A stretch of DNA of 64,000 nucleotides from Malacoraja senta. Lineage: Eukaryota. The notes under the pieces were generated by a model, which worked only from the letters and a program-made list of their open reading frames with translations, searched no databases and was not told the origin of the DNA. Each line of letters starts with the position of its first letter. Position 1 is the first letter of the stretch. Location of the stretch: positions 1,242,001 through 1,306,000 of the forward strand of contig CM075996.1 of assembly GCA_038087875.1 (NCBI GenBank), written 5' to 3'. The translations under genes and the position numbers were made by a program. Positions 1-10,900 of the stretch are shown piece after piece.

Positions 1-42
1 ACCAACGCCCGTGGTGACGGGTCTCAGCCGACTGGCTGCATC
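1..42 (-). CDS. PPP1R12C: Possible further PPP1R12C exon running off the window
   Basis: Good acceptor gttctgccttcacag| followed by open frame DAASRLRPVTTGVG; no conserved motif recognised. Confidence 0.4.
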
Positions 43-133
43 CTGTGAAGGCAGAACGCACACACAGACACAGACATACACACTTTGTTTAGTCCGAGAC
101 TTAATAGCAAAGAAATAATAAAAACTCATTAGT

Positions 134-345
134 GTAGGAAGGAACTGCACATGCTGGTTTAAACCAAAGATAGACACTAAATGCTGGAGTAACACAGCGG
201 GACAGGCAGCATCTCTGGATGGAAGGAATGGATGATGTTTCGGGTCGAGACCCTTCTTCAGACTCTGAAGGGTCTCGACCCAAAACGTCACCCATTGCTT
301 CCCTCCAGAGATGCTGCCGGTCCCGCTGAGTTATTTCTGCATTTA
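134..345. repeat. Penelope-derived short repeat in inverted (palindromic) arrangement; representative of more than 20 copies
   Basis: Arm GCTGGAGTAAC.CAGCGGGACAGGCAGCATCTCTGGA...CCCTTCTTCAG followed by its reverse complement; similar at about 1440-1680, 7730-7910, 19900-20112, 21428-21582, 21980-22175, 24700-24895, 49330-49700, 50808-51000, 54705-55150. Confidence 0.85.
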
Positions 346-2332
346 GTGCCTAACTTTAGCTAACAAAGCAGATGGCCAATGGTAGTGTGAAGGGAGATTA
401 ACCAGACGCATACAAAAATAAGTAATAAAGAGATGAAAACGTCACCTCGGCCATGCGACTATTTTATGCAGGCAAATTTCAGGGTAATTTTTGCTGCAGA
501 TTTATCTTTTTTTTAAATTCAATTATCAGCATAAGCAGTTTATTTAAACCATGGTAACGGTTGAAAACCCATCAGCTGCGCTCAAACCATCACCGTCTTC
601 TCTCTTTACAAGTGGATTTCCTGCTGAAATGGGCTCCAGGTACAACGAACCAACAGCACCCACACAGCTGCTCATCTGCAACTGAACTGTGCACTAAACA
701 TGCAACTTGGCAATGAATTTCACAATAAAAATATGAAGTATGAAGTTTACAATAATGAAAAGGGGAAGTTGGCAAAGTTTACAAGTCTGGCGCGACAGAA
801 ACTGCCAGTAAAATGTTCAAAGATACATCTGATCGTTCACCATGAGTATCCTCACACACAGTCAGCGTGTGGCCTTGCTGTCCTCTAATGGGCAATGCTC
901 AGCTCCTCTCCACTTGTTCAGCTCCTGTCCACGGGAGAGCTCGTAACACAAAGGGTCTAAAGTGATGAGAGGGCAGCTTTGCATGTGGCCAGAAATATGC
1001 AGATTTCATCTCCGTATCAGAGGAAAGTGTAGAAGCAAATACACAGCCTACATTGTGTAGTACTGTGAAAGGCTTGTAAACAATGACAGGCAGAACCTCC
1101 ATGTACACGGGTGGAGAATTCAAAAAAAGGTAGCAGCAACTAAAACAGATGGAATAACTGGGGAGAAGTACAAGGGGACTTGATCAGACGGAATGAGATT
1201 CCTCTAAAGTTTAGCCGGAAATGTTATTCAGTTCCCTGCACTTGGGAATTGCAGTAAGCACAGAAACAGCTTCAAGAGAGAAACTCGTTAGATTTAGAGA
1301 TTCACAACGGTAGCCACTGTTGGGTGGGGAAAGGGGTCCAAGTTCCCCAGTAAATATGGATGAGCCAACAAAGAGAAAGGGCACCAGATGGCAGCAGTCA
1401 ATGGTAACTGTTCCTCAGTGTGGCAAGATTAAGTTGTTTAGGAAGGAACTGCAGATACGGGTTTAAACCGAAGATACACAAAAAGCTGGAGTAACTCAGC
1501 GGGACAGGCAGCATCTCTGGAGAGAAGGAACGGGTGACGTTTCGGGTCGAGACCCTTCTTCAGAATGGGTGATGTTTCGGGTTATTCTGAAGAAGGGTCT
1601 CGACCTGAAACGTTACCCATTCCTTCTCTCCAGAGGTGCTCCCTGTCCCTCTGAGTTACTCCGGCATTTTGTAGCTATCTGAGAATAAATTGTTACTGTG
1701 CCTGAAAAGTTGAGCAAGAATCACTGACTGGATTTGAATACTCTGCTCTAGAAAACATGCCACAGCATGCTACTGGACATGAGCTTCCCCACTTAGACTG
1801 GTAATGCGGGTGAGGAAGCAACGCTGATTTTACTCTAAGCAAATACTCCCATCTGGACTCGACCCCAGACCTGAACAGCAGGGTCTAAAGCTATGACCTG
1901 GGTAGACTCCATCCTTGGGGAGACCTTTTCAGACATTTTTTTAAAATCAACTGCACATTTACGGCTCAAACTTGCAGGCAAGCAAATTCTATAATCTAGA
2001 AACAGAACCAGAACTCGGCAATTCAACCAGCACCTGTGGAGGTAGGTGCTGCAAGTTGACACCTTGAGTGGAGAGCCTGCATCAGGACCGAGTGGAGGGG
2101 GGATGGAACAGACTGGTGGTGGTCAGCTGTAGGATGGGGAAAGGGTGGGGGACAGAGGCTGGTAGGTGATGGGTGGAGTCAGATGGGGAGGTGGATGATG
2201 GGCAGATGGAACCGGAGGAAAAATAAAACTAGGTGGCTGGGCGAATGGATGTGGGCAACCAGGAATTGGGAAATTGAGAGTTCACACCACTGGATTGTAA
2301 GCTAGCCAAGTGTAAGACTGTAAGCTACACAC

Positions 2333-2494
2333 CTTGTCCTCACTCAATGAACTCCTTTCCTTCTTGCCCTCGTTCTCCTTCATACCCTCGTTCTCCTTCA
2401 CTTCTTCTCTCCTTTCCAGTTGCTCTTGGGTTTTCTTCTCAGTAGAAATACCAAGGGTCTTCTCAGCCTCCTTTAGATCTGTCAGTGTGACCCC
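2333..2494 (-). CDS. PPP1R12C: PPP1R12C exon
   Basis: ctgtag|GGG GTC ACA...AAG|gtgtgt; GVTLTDLKEAEKTLG... completes RRSTQ/GVTLTDL; 3' boundary less certain. Confidence 0.88.
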
Positions 2495-3328
2495 CTACAG
2501 ACAAAAGCACACAGACACGGAGAATAAATGTTTCTTTCCTGAAATACCCATATGTAACCCCATATTGATCTGATATTTGATCAATGCCAAATGCAACTCC
2601 AAATCCTGAGAAACAGAAGGGATTTTGAGAGGGGGGGTGGGGTATTTTACTGGACAATCTGTCAGCAGTATTTCTACCCCCCCCCCCCCCGAGGACAAAC
2701 GGTGAGAATGAAACTTAGTGTGATCCTTTTTTCATTTTCTTAAACTTGATCTCAGTTTTATTAAGAATAAGGGGTCGACCATTCAGGACTAAGATGAGGG
2801 AAAACTTTTTCACCCAGAGAGTTGTGAATCTGTGGAATTCTCTGCCACAGAAAGCAGTGGAGGCCAATTCACTGGATGTATTCAAGAGAGAGTTAGATTT
2901 AGCTCTATAGGGCTAACAGAATCAAAGGATATGAGGAGAAAGCAGGAACGGGGTACTGATTTAGGATGATCAGCCATGATCATATTGAATGGCGGAATGC
3001 CCTACTCCAGCACCTATTTTCTATGTTTCTATGTTCTGAGCAGTGTCCCACTCAAAATACCACTAGGCTGTTCAAATACTAGTCATTCTAAGCGTTTCTC
3101 AAATTTTTCACTTTTTCTTGAAATAAATATGTTAATTAATTCTCCATTCAAATACAAAGCAATATTGGGAATGAAGACAGCTACTCAAAAGGACAGTCAA
3201 AGTGAAAGTTGGCGGATTGCACCGTGCTATTAGGTCATGTTCAGCAGCTGCAGTTAAACTGTAAATGGAGCTGGTGGTATTTGACTCAATGACATGGCGT
3301 CAGCATTGCTGGAGCAGTCAGCACGGAC

Positions 3329-3419
3329 CTGTGTCGATCGCCGGGACTGTCGGGCATGTCGCGAGCGAGCCTTCCTCTGCGATTCTGACTCCTCATCACG
3401 TACCGGGGTGAGGTACAAT
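3329..3419 (-). CDS. PPP1R12C: PPP1R12C exon with inhibitory phosphorylation motif
   Basis: ttttgcag|A TTG TAC...ACA CAG|gtccgt; 91 bp; LYLTPVRDEESESQRKARSRHARQSRRSTQ, the hallmark MYPT RRSTQGV inhibitory-Thr region. Confidence 0.95.
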
Positions 3420-5152
3420 CTGCAAAAAACAGACGGGGATTTCAAACAAATATACTGGGATAGCTTGAGGAAGTCAAAGGATTCCTTCTAACAGTTTCAC
3501 AATTCAAGGGCATGAGGGAATTAATTAAGGTATAAGAGGGTGTCGTAGAATCATACAGCGCGGAAAAAGGCCCTTTGGCCCAACTTGCCCACGCCGACCA
3601 TCATGCCCCAGCTACACTAGTCCCACCTGCTTGTGTTTTGGCCCATATCCCTCTAAACCCGTCCTATCCATGTACCTGTCTAACTGCTTCTTAAACGTTG
3701 GGATAGTCCTTGCCTCAACTACCTCTTCTGGCACCTACCATCCTTGGTGTGAAAATGTTAACCCTCAGATTCCTATTAAATGTTTGAACCTCTGACCTCT
3801 GGTCCCTTATGCAAGGATTACTTGTATAAACAATGCAAGCAGCCAGTAATGTAGCCCTATTCTCACTCCTCCACACTGAAGCTCATGCCACAATCCATGG
3901 CCTGCCTCGTATGTCACGCTCACTCCTCTATTGTCAAGGTGAAATATAAGCATAAGCCCAGAATCGTGGCGAGACTGACTTTGTACAGTAAAACACTCCT
4001 ACGCTCCAAAAAAAGATTTACTTGCCAGAATAAAATATTGGCCAGAATGTTTGGGAAGAAGCAGCAGACGCTGGTTAATAATACACAGAATATATAGACA
4101 TGTTTGCAGGTATTGTGGGTTCCTGCCGGAAGGGGGAGTGGACGCTGGCGCGTATTAGCAGCCGCTGCTCTCTCTTCCATACTGTGTTTTTGATTTTTGT
4201 GTTCGGATTGAATTCTGTTTTTAATTTGTGTACTTGTGATGTCTTTACTGTTTGTTTCGTTCCGCTTATATGTTTCTACTGTAAAATCTGTAAGGTGTCC
4301 TTGAGATTTGAAAGGCGCCCATAAATAAAATGTATTATTATTATTATTATTATTATTATTACTCCACAATGGAAGATTGAATGGAATAGTCCTGCATTCT
4401 CTGGAGTTTGATAATCTTATTGAAATTTACAAATTGCTTATTGGGCTCAGTTTGGTCGATACAGAGATGGTGTTTCTCCAACGAGGAATTTTAGACCAGA
4501 GATCATAGCATGAGCACAAGGGCTAGGCTACATGCACTGACACAAGGAGACATTTCTTCATTTAGAGGCTGGTGTCTCCTTGCCAATCTCTACCCCAGAG
4601 GATTAGGGAGGCTCAGTTACTGAGTTGTACAGAAAACTGATATATCTGGGTACTGAGAAAATCAAACAGCATTTAGGCAGAAATCACCCATGTACTTGAG
4701 TGCAGAGCACGCATGGGGCCAGACGGGGTGCTCTTGCCCCTTGTTCATGTTCTTGTATCAGCCTCAGATTAATAAACCGTTAACCCCGACTTCCATTTCC
4801 TCTTGAACATTCTGTAACCATCTTGCACTTCCCTTGGATACAGTTTCTTCCCTATTTTACCCTTTAATCACCTCGGCTTCGCTCACACACCGTGATATGA
4901 CACTTGTTGTTCAACACCTCTGCTTTTCTCTGCCATACAACTTGCTATGTTGTTCTCTTCCCGTCACCAACTGCCCTGCTAAACCTCTGCTTTGTGCTGG
5001 GTGGAAAACTATCGACAGTTCCAAGAGACGCCGCCAATCTCAAACCTCTCGCTCTCTGTAGACGTGACCTGATGAGTATTCTGCCTGTTTTTATGTTTCC
5101 ATCATCATTTGCTTTTGCGTGTATCTGCCAACTTGCGTAAGATGATCCTTAC

Positions 5153-5238
5153 TTGCGCCTCTCTTTAAAGTCTATGTTGCTGGTAGGAGCAGTGGTCTCT
5201 CCTTGTTGAGTGAGTTGGCAGCTTGGTTCTTTGACTTT
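5153..5238 (-). CDS. PPP1R12C: Probable PPP1R12C exon
   Basis: ccag|AAA GTC...CGC AA|gtaagg; KVKEPSCQLTQQGETTAPTSNIDFKERR, supplying the ERR(R/K) that precedes the next conserved exon. Confidence 0.75.
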
Positions 5239-8194
5239 CTGGTATGTAGAGCTACAAGTACACAGAGAAGTGGTTTAGAAAATGAATATAAGAATCACAA
5301 TCAAATAAAAACAAAATTAAAATGCTGGAAATACACAGGTCACAGGGTCATCAGTGGAGAGAGAATCAGAGTTAACATTTCAGGTTAAATGACCTGGACT
5401 TGATAAAGTTAGAGATCATTAATGTTCTATGTGGCAGAGAACGAGGGTTGGGAGGGGATGTGTTTAGTTTAGTTTAGAGATACAGCGCTGAAACAGGCCC
5501 TTCGGCCCACCAGGTCCGCACTGACCAGCGATCCCCGCACACCAACACTGTCCTGCACACACTAGGGACAATTTACATTCATACCAAGCCAAATCTGTAT
5601 GTCTTTGGAGGAAACCGAAGATATCAGAGAAATCCCACGTGGTTACGGGGAGAACATACGGACTCCGTACAGACAGCGCCCGTGGTCAGGATCGAACCCA
5701 GATCTATTGTGCTGTAAGCGCTGTAAGGCAGCAACTCTACCGCTGCGCCACTGTGCCGCCCTGTGGGAGGGTGAAGAGCAAGAGAGATGGGAGGTCACAA
5801 GGTGTGATGCAAATTGAGAACGTTTGTTAATGGGGAATCTGGATAAATCAGGGAGAGAGGAGCAGAAGGATGTACTCGGAGTGGGATAAGAAGGGGGAGG
5901 AGAAAGATGCTGAGCACAAACACTGGCAGAGCCAAGCTTGAATATTTAAACAACATGGATGAATACATTTAAAGCTGCTGTGAAAGGGGAAGGAAAATAA
6001 ACAGGAGAAAGGATCAGAACAAGGAGCTGATAGGATGGGATTGAAATGTTCACGTTGTAGGAATAGAATTAGGCCATTCGGCCCATCGAGTCTACTCCGC
6101 CATTCAATCACGGCTGATCTCTGCCTCCTAATCCCATTTTGCTGCCTGCTCCCCATAACCTTTGCCACCCGTTCTAATCAAGAATTCGTCTACCAATGGA
6201 GTGGAAAGAGGCTGATGTGGTGGATTCACAACAGCAGACGTGATTGGCCAAGGGTTCTGCTGTAGCATCACAAGGACGGATAACCAAGGAGTTTTAAAAC
6301 CGGGAGATCAGGCCACGTATAACACTATGAATTAAAACAAGTGGTGCTAGGGCCGATTGTTGAATAGCGACCTGGAATGCAGCATCATACAGAAGGTGGA
6401 CCAATGTGGCTCAGCTCCCCACTCACCTCACGGGCTGTTCAGCACAGGTCTCAGGCACACTCAACGATCGCCCGATTGGTGTTGGAGGCACTCGAGCCAG
6501 CCGGGGTTCCGCCACATCTTTGCCCTGTGGAGTTACATTTCACACCTCACATCATTTTAAATTCACACTTTGTAATTGATACAATAGAACTTTATTATCC
6601 CAGGCGGGAAATTGATCTGCCAAACAGTCATAAATCACAAAGTACATGAAACATGAAATTAAAGTGACGAGTGGGGAGGACTGGGGATGTACTACGATTA
6701 AGGGGGGGGGGGGGAGGAGGAGGAGGGGAGTCAGTGTACCCCACGACAGAAGAGGATGAGTAGTACAACAGATGAAGAAAGACACTCATTTTGGCTTTGT
6801 CTGGGTTTCTCTGACTGAAACGTGTACAAGTGTGAGAGGATTCAGGTGCATTATAGTGACGTGGATTGATAGAGAGAAGGGGAATAGATAGAGTGAATGC
6901 ACGGTCTTTTACCCAGCGTCGGGGAATCGAGTACCAGAGGGCATAGGTTTAAGGTGAAAGATATAATAGCCACCTCTTCCACACAGAGTAGTGGGTGTAT
7001 GCCACAAACTACCAGAGGAGGTAGTTGAGGCAGGTACTATAACAACCTTTAAAAGTCTTTTGGACAGGTACATGGATACAAACGGTTTAGAGGGATATGG
7101 GGCAAACGCTGGCAGATGGGACCAGTGTAGATGGGGCATCACAGTCAGCGTGGGCAAGTTGGGCTGCAGGGCCTGTTTCTGTGCTGTGCGATTCTATGAT
7201 TTTATGGAAATAGAGATGGACAACGGAGGAATCTGACACAGCTGAAATAGAAACATAGAGCTGGAGGAACTCAGCGGGCCAGGCAGCATCTGTGGGGAGA
7301 ACGGACGGTTTATCACAGTTGGTCAAACCAGGAGCCAGCAATTGCTCAGCACAGACATTGTGGGGCGAAGGGCCTGTCCTTGTGCTTGGAACAATCACAT
7401 CACACATGAATACAAGGGGTGTAATACAAAAGAGAAAGGAACGAGTGTTGTGGCTACAGAGCTGAAGACCATGCTTCGTTTTCTTTATGGGAACCAGTCA
7501 ACAGTCTGCACTTCCCCTTTCTCCATGATGTATTGATGGCCTGCTGCCCTGCCCCACCCACTTCCTCCCTTTCTATCACATCTACCAGCACAACCAACAG
7601 CTAAAACTAGTCCACAGTCACATCATCAAACTCACTGTACAACGGTCTAACTCTATGGGGAAAGAACGCCCTCGACTCTTTAACGCATAGTTCCTTCTCA
7701 AGTAGTGCGCAGGAAGGAACTCTGGTTTAAACGCAGCGGGACAGGCAGTATCTCTGGAGAGAAGGAATGGGTGACGTTTCGGGTCTGAAGTAGTCTGGAT
7801 CCGAAACGTCACCCATTCCTTCACTCCAGAGATGCTGCCTGGCCCGCTGAGTTACTCCAGCTTTGTGTCTATCTTCAGTTGAAACCAGCATCTGCAGTTC
7901 CTTCCTGCACACTACTTATGAACAGAGATTGGTTCATTCACCAGTTTAAATAATCAATACACTCTGAAGAAGGGCCGTGACCTGAAACGTCCCCACCGAT
8001 GTTCCCCAGAAATGATGCCTGACCTGATGACCTCTAAAGTGCTTTTCTGTAAACCAGCATCTGCAGTTCCTTTTATTCACAGCAAGTTCTTGTGCTGTTT
8101 ACAAGGTCCGGTCCCACATAGATCACCCCCGTATAAAAAGGAGAGGTCCCCATGAGCACGATCAAATACAGGAACACACGGAGAAACAACCCAC

Positions 8195-8374
8195 CTTCCA
8201 CTGTGCCCCCAACCGTGGAGTGGAAGCTGAGCGCCGGATGCTGATCAGTGGCGTCTTGTCCGAAGTGATCTGTGCATCCTGCAATGCTACGAAACTGCTG
8301 GTTTTCCGAAGTTCTGTCTGCCAAGCAGGAGGGGCATCTTGGTTGACCAAATGCTTTGCTGACGGACCAGAATA
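8195..8374 (-). CDS. PPP1R12C: PPP1R12C exon (LRKTxS / RSASxP motifs)
   Basis: ctctgcag|TAT TCT...TGG AAG|gtgggt; 180 bp; ...WQTELRKTSSFVALQ...IRRSASTPRLG, resembling MYPT1 WRLGLRKTGSYGAL...RSASSPRL. Confidence 0.85.
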
Positions 8375-8419
8375 CTGCAGAGGATACAGGACAGAACATC
8401 GAGCATTTGTACTGCAAAA

Positions 8420-8860
8420 CTAAACACAAAGTGCTGGAGCACTTCAACAGATCAGGCAGCACCTGTGGAGGGAGTGGACTGGCGGGGTTTCGGGTCGGGA
8501 CCCTTCTTCAGACTGATTGGGAGTGGAGGGAGACAATTGGAAATGAGAGGTGGTAGCGGTGGGATAAAGCCTGGCAGGTGACAGGTGTATACAGGTGGGG
8601 GTTGGCAGATTGGGCCGAGTAAGAGGAGGAGTGAAATGTAACGTTAGAAAGATGTTGGTGGAGGGAACAGGAGGAAGTGGAAAGAGGGAAGATAAAGGGG
8701 GACAATAGGGTGCAGAGGAGAGGAGCAGGGTGAGTGGGGTGGTGAGAGATGGCGGGAGAAATGTGTGTACCAGGTTGGGGGATATTGAACAATTCAATGT
8801 TCATACCATTGGGTTGAAAGTTACAAGCTAAATATACATGGTGCTGTTCTTCCAAACAAC
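8420..8860 (-). mobile_element. Penelope-like element 3' end (ORF C-terminus + terminal repeat)
   Basis: EEQHHVYLACNFQPNGMNIELFN resembles Penelope ORF ends (LEEQHLIFRLG-LQP-G-N-EF); followed by a pyrimidine-rich tract and the CTGAAGAAGGGTC..GACCCGAAAC terminal motif. Confidence 0.72.
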
Positions 8861-9867
8861 TACAATTTTAATTGCTTTCCCAAGGTGCTAGTTGGGAGAA
8901 ATTTGTTCTGATTATGGGGAATCAATAAATGAAACATGGGGAATCTGCAAACGCATTGGACTCCACAACTGCAGTTGTGTCAGTTAGATGGCGAGATTCC
9001 TGTGGTTGGGAAACTTCAGACCAGGGATGCAGAATAGGTGGCAAGCCCAAGACAAAAAAAGTGCAGGTGTGCACATCATCCCTTGCTGCCCGTACCAATG
9101 GCGGATCATTGTCCTATAAGCTGCTTAAAATGTTTAAAGACTTGACTGCCTAATGTAATTAATACATTTTAGCTTTTAAACTTTGAGTAATCTTTGTGCA
9201 GTAACAAACATTGTAAAAAAAGTGAGCCGTTGTCACTTACTACACCTATCTGTTAATCACCCCTTCACCTGTATCCACCTATCACTTGCCAGCCATTGTC
9301 CCACCCCCAGCTCTCTTTCCCAGCTTTCTCCCCCCCACTCCATCAGTCTGGATGAAGGGTCAGAACCCACCTGTCTGTTCCCACACAGATGCTGCCTGAC
9401 CCGCTGAGTTTCTCCAGTACTGAGTGTTTGCTCAGACAGCCTTGCTCCTTCTCAGAAGCAACAACACCAGGGCAGTAAGGAGCTCCAGGCTGTGTCCAAA
9501 TCTCGCAGCAGTGAGGTAATGGTTGTGTGCAGAGAGCTGCACTCAAATGTTTGCCTACACAATGCTCGAAATCAAGTTGAAAGGAACTCCACTATGCCAA
9601 CAGCCACATACAATGCAAAACAAAGGTCACAACTAAAGAGTTAGCAAACATACTGTGACTGAAACCGGGCTCCCATTAAGCATGGTTACAAAATGTAAAT
9701 TACAGGGCTAAAAATAACCAGCAACGTTAGCTAATACTCCCAAAACCCACAACCCATAACAAGGCAACGTTACTCTGCAAAACATATAGTGTTGAAGCTA
9801 GTTATATGCAAGTGGGTCTGCACCCACTGCCCAAAATCAGAAACCTGCACTGGCATCCATCATATAA

Positions 9868-10900
9868 ATATGCTCTCCCCACTGACAGACACCACGTGGA
9901 CAACAGTCACCAAGTGGACATGCTCTCCCCACTGACCCAGACACCACGTGGACATGCTCTCCCCACTGAGACACCATGTGGACATGCTCTCCCCACTGAG
10001 ACACCATGTGGACATGCTCTCCCCACTGAGACACCAAGTGGACATGCTCTCCCCACTGACACAGACACCACGTGGACATGCTCTCCCCACTGGCATCCAC
10101 CATGTGGACATGCTCTCCCCACTGAGACACCACGTGGACATGCTCTCCCCACTGGCACAGACACCATGTGGACATGCTCTCCCCACTGAGACACCATGTG
10201 GACATGCTCTCCCCACTGAGACACCATGTGGACATGCTCTCCCCACTGACACAGACAACAAGTGGACATGCTCTCCCCACTGAGACACCATGTGGACATG
10301 CTCTCCCCACTGGCATCCACCATGTGGACATGCTCTCCCCACTGAGACACCACGTGGACATGCTCTCCCCACTGGCACAGACACCATGTGGACATGCTCT
10401 CCCCACTGAGACACCAAGTGGACATGCTCTCCCCACTGACACAGACAACAAGTGGACATGCTCTCCCCACTGGCACAGACACCATGTGGACATGCTCTCC
10501 CCACTGAGACACCATGTGGACATGCTCTCCCCACTGACACAGACACCAAGTGGACATGCTCTCCCCACTGGCATCCACCATGTGGACATGCTCTCCCCAC
10601 TGACACAGACACCACGTGGACATGCTCTCCCCACTGACAGACACCAAGTGGACATGCTCTCCCCACTGACACAGACACCACGTGGACATGCTCTCCCCAC
10701 TGACAGACACCAAGTGGACATGCTCTCCCCACTGGCATCCACCATGTGGACATGCTCTCCCCACTGACACAGACAACAAGTGGACATGCTCTCCCCACCG
10801 ACCCAGACACCAAGTGGACATGCTCTCCCCACTGAGACACCATGTGGACAGGCTCTCCCCACTAACAGACACTAAAGGCTCTCCCCACTGACAGACACTA
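9868..10900. repeat. Minisatellite, 30-34 bp units, about 30 copies
   Basis: Constant core GTGGACATGCTCTCCCCACTG plus a few recurring 9-13 nt linkers. Confidence 0.97.

Noticed and set aside
590..1050. Possible PPP1R12C exons in ORFs 590-775 and 899-1123
   Set aside because: No convincing acceptor/donor pair or recognisable motif; cannot be supported without transcript data.
7633..7697. Possible extra PPP1R12C exon ending at a GTGAGT donor
   Set aside because: Weak acceptor, no recognisable homology, and the flanking exons already join in phase.
9868..10900. CRISPR-like array (constant repeat with variable spacers) and 327-341 aa ORFs
   Set aside because: The spacers are only 9-13 nt and are reused from a few variants, there are no cas genes, and the context is a vertebrate intron. 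The ORFs are translations of the minisatellite.
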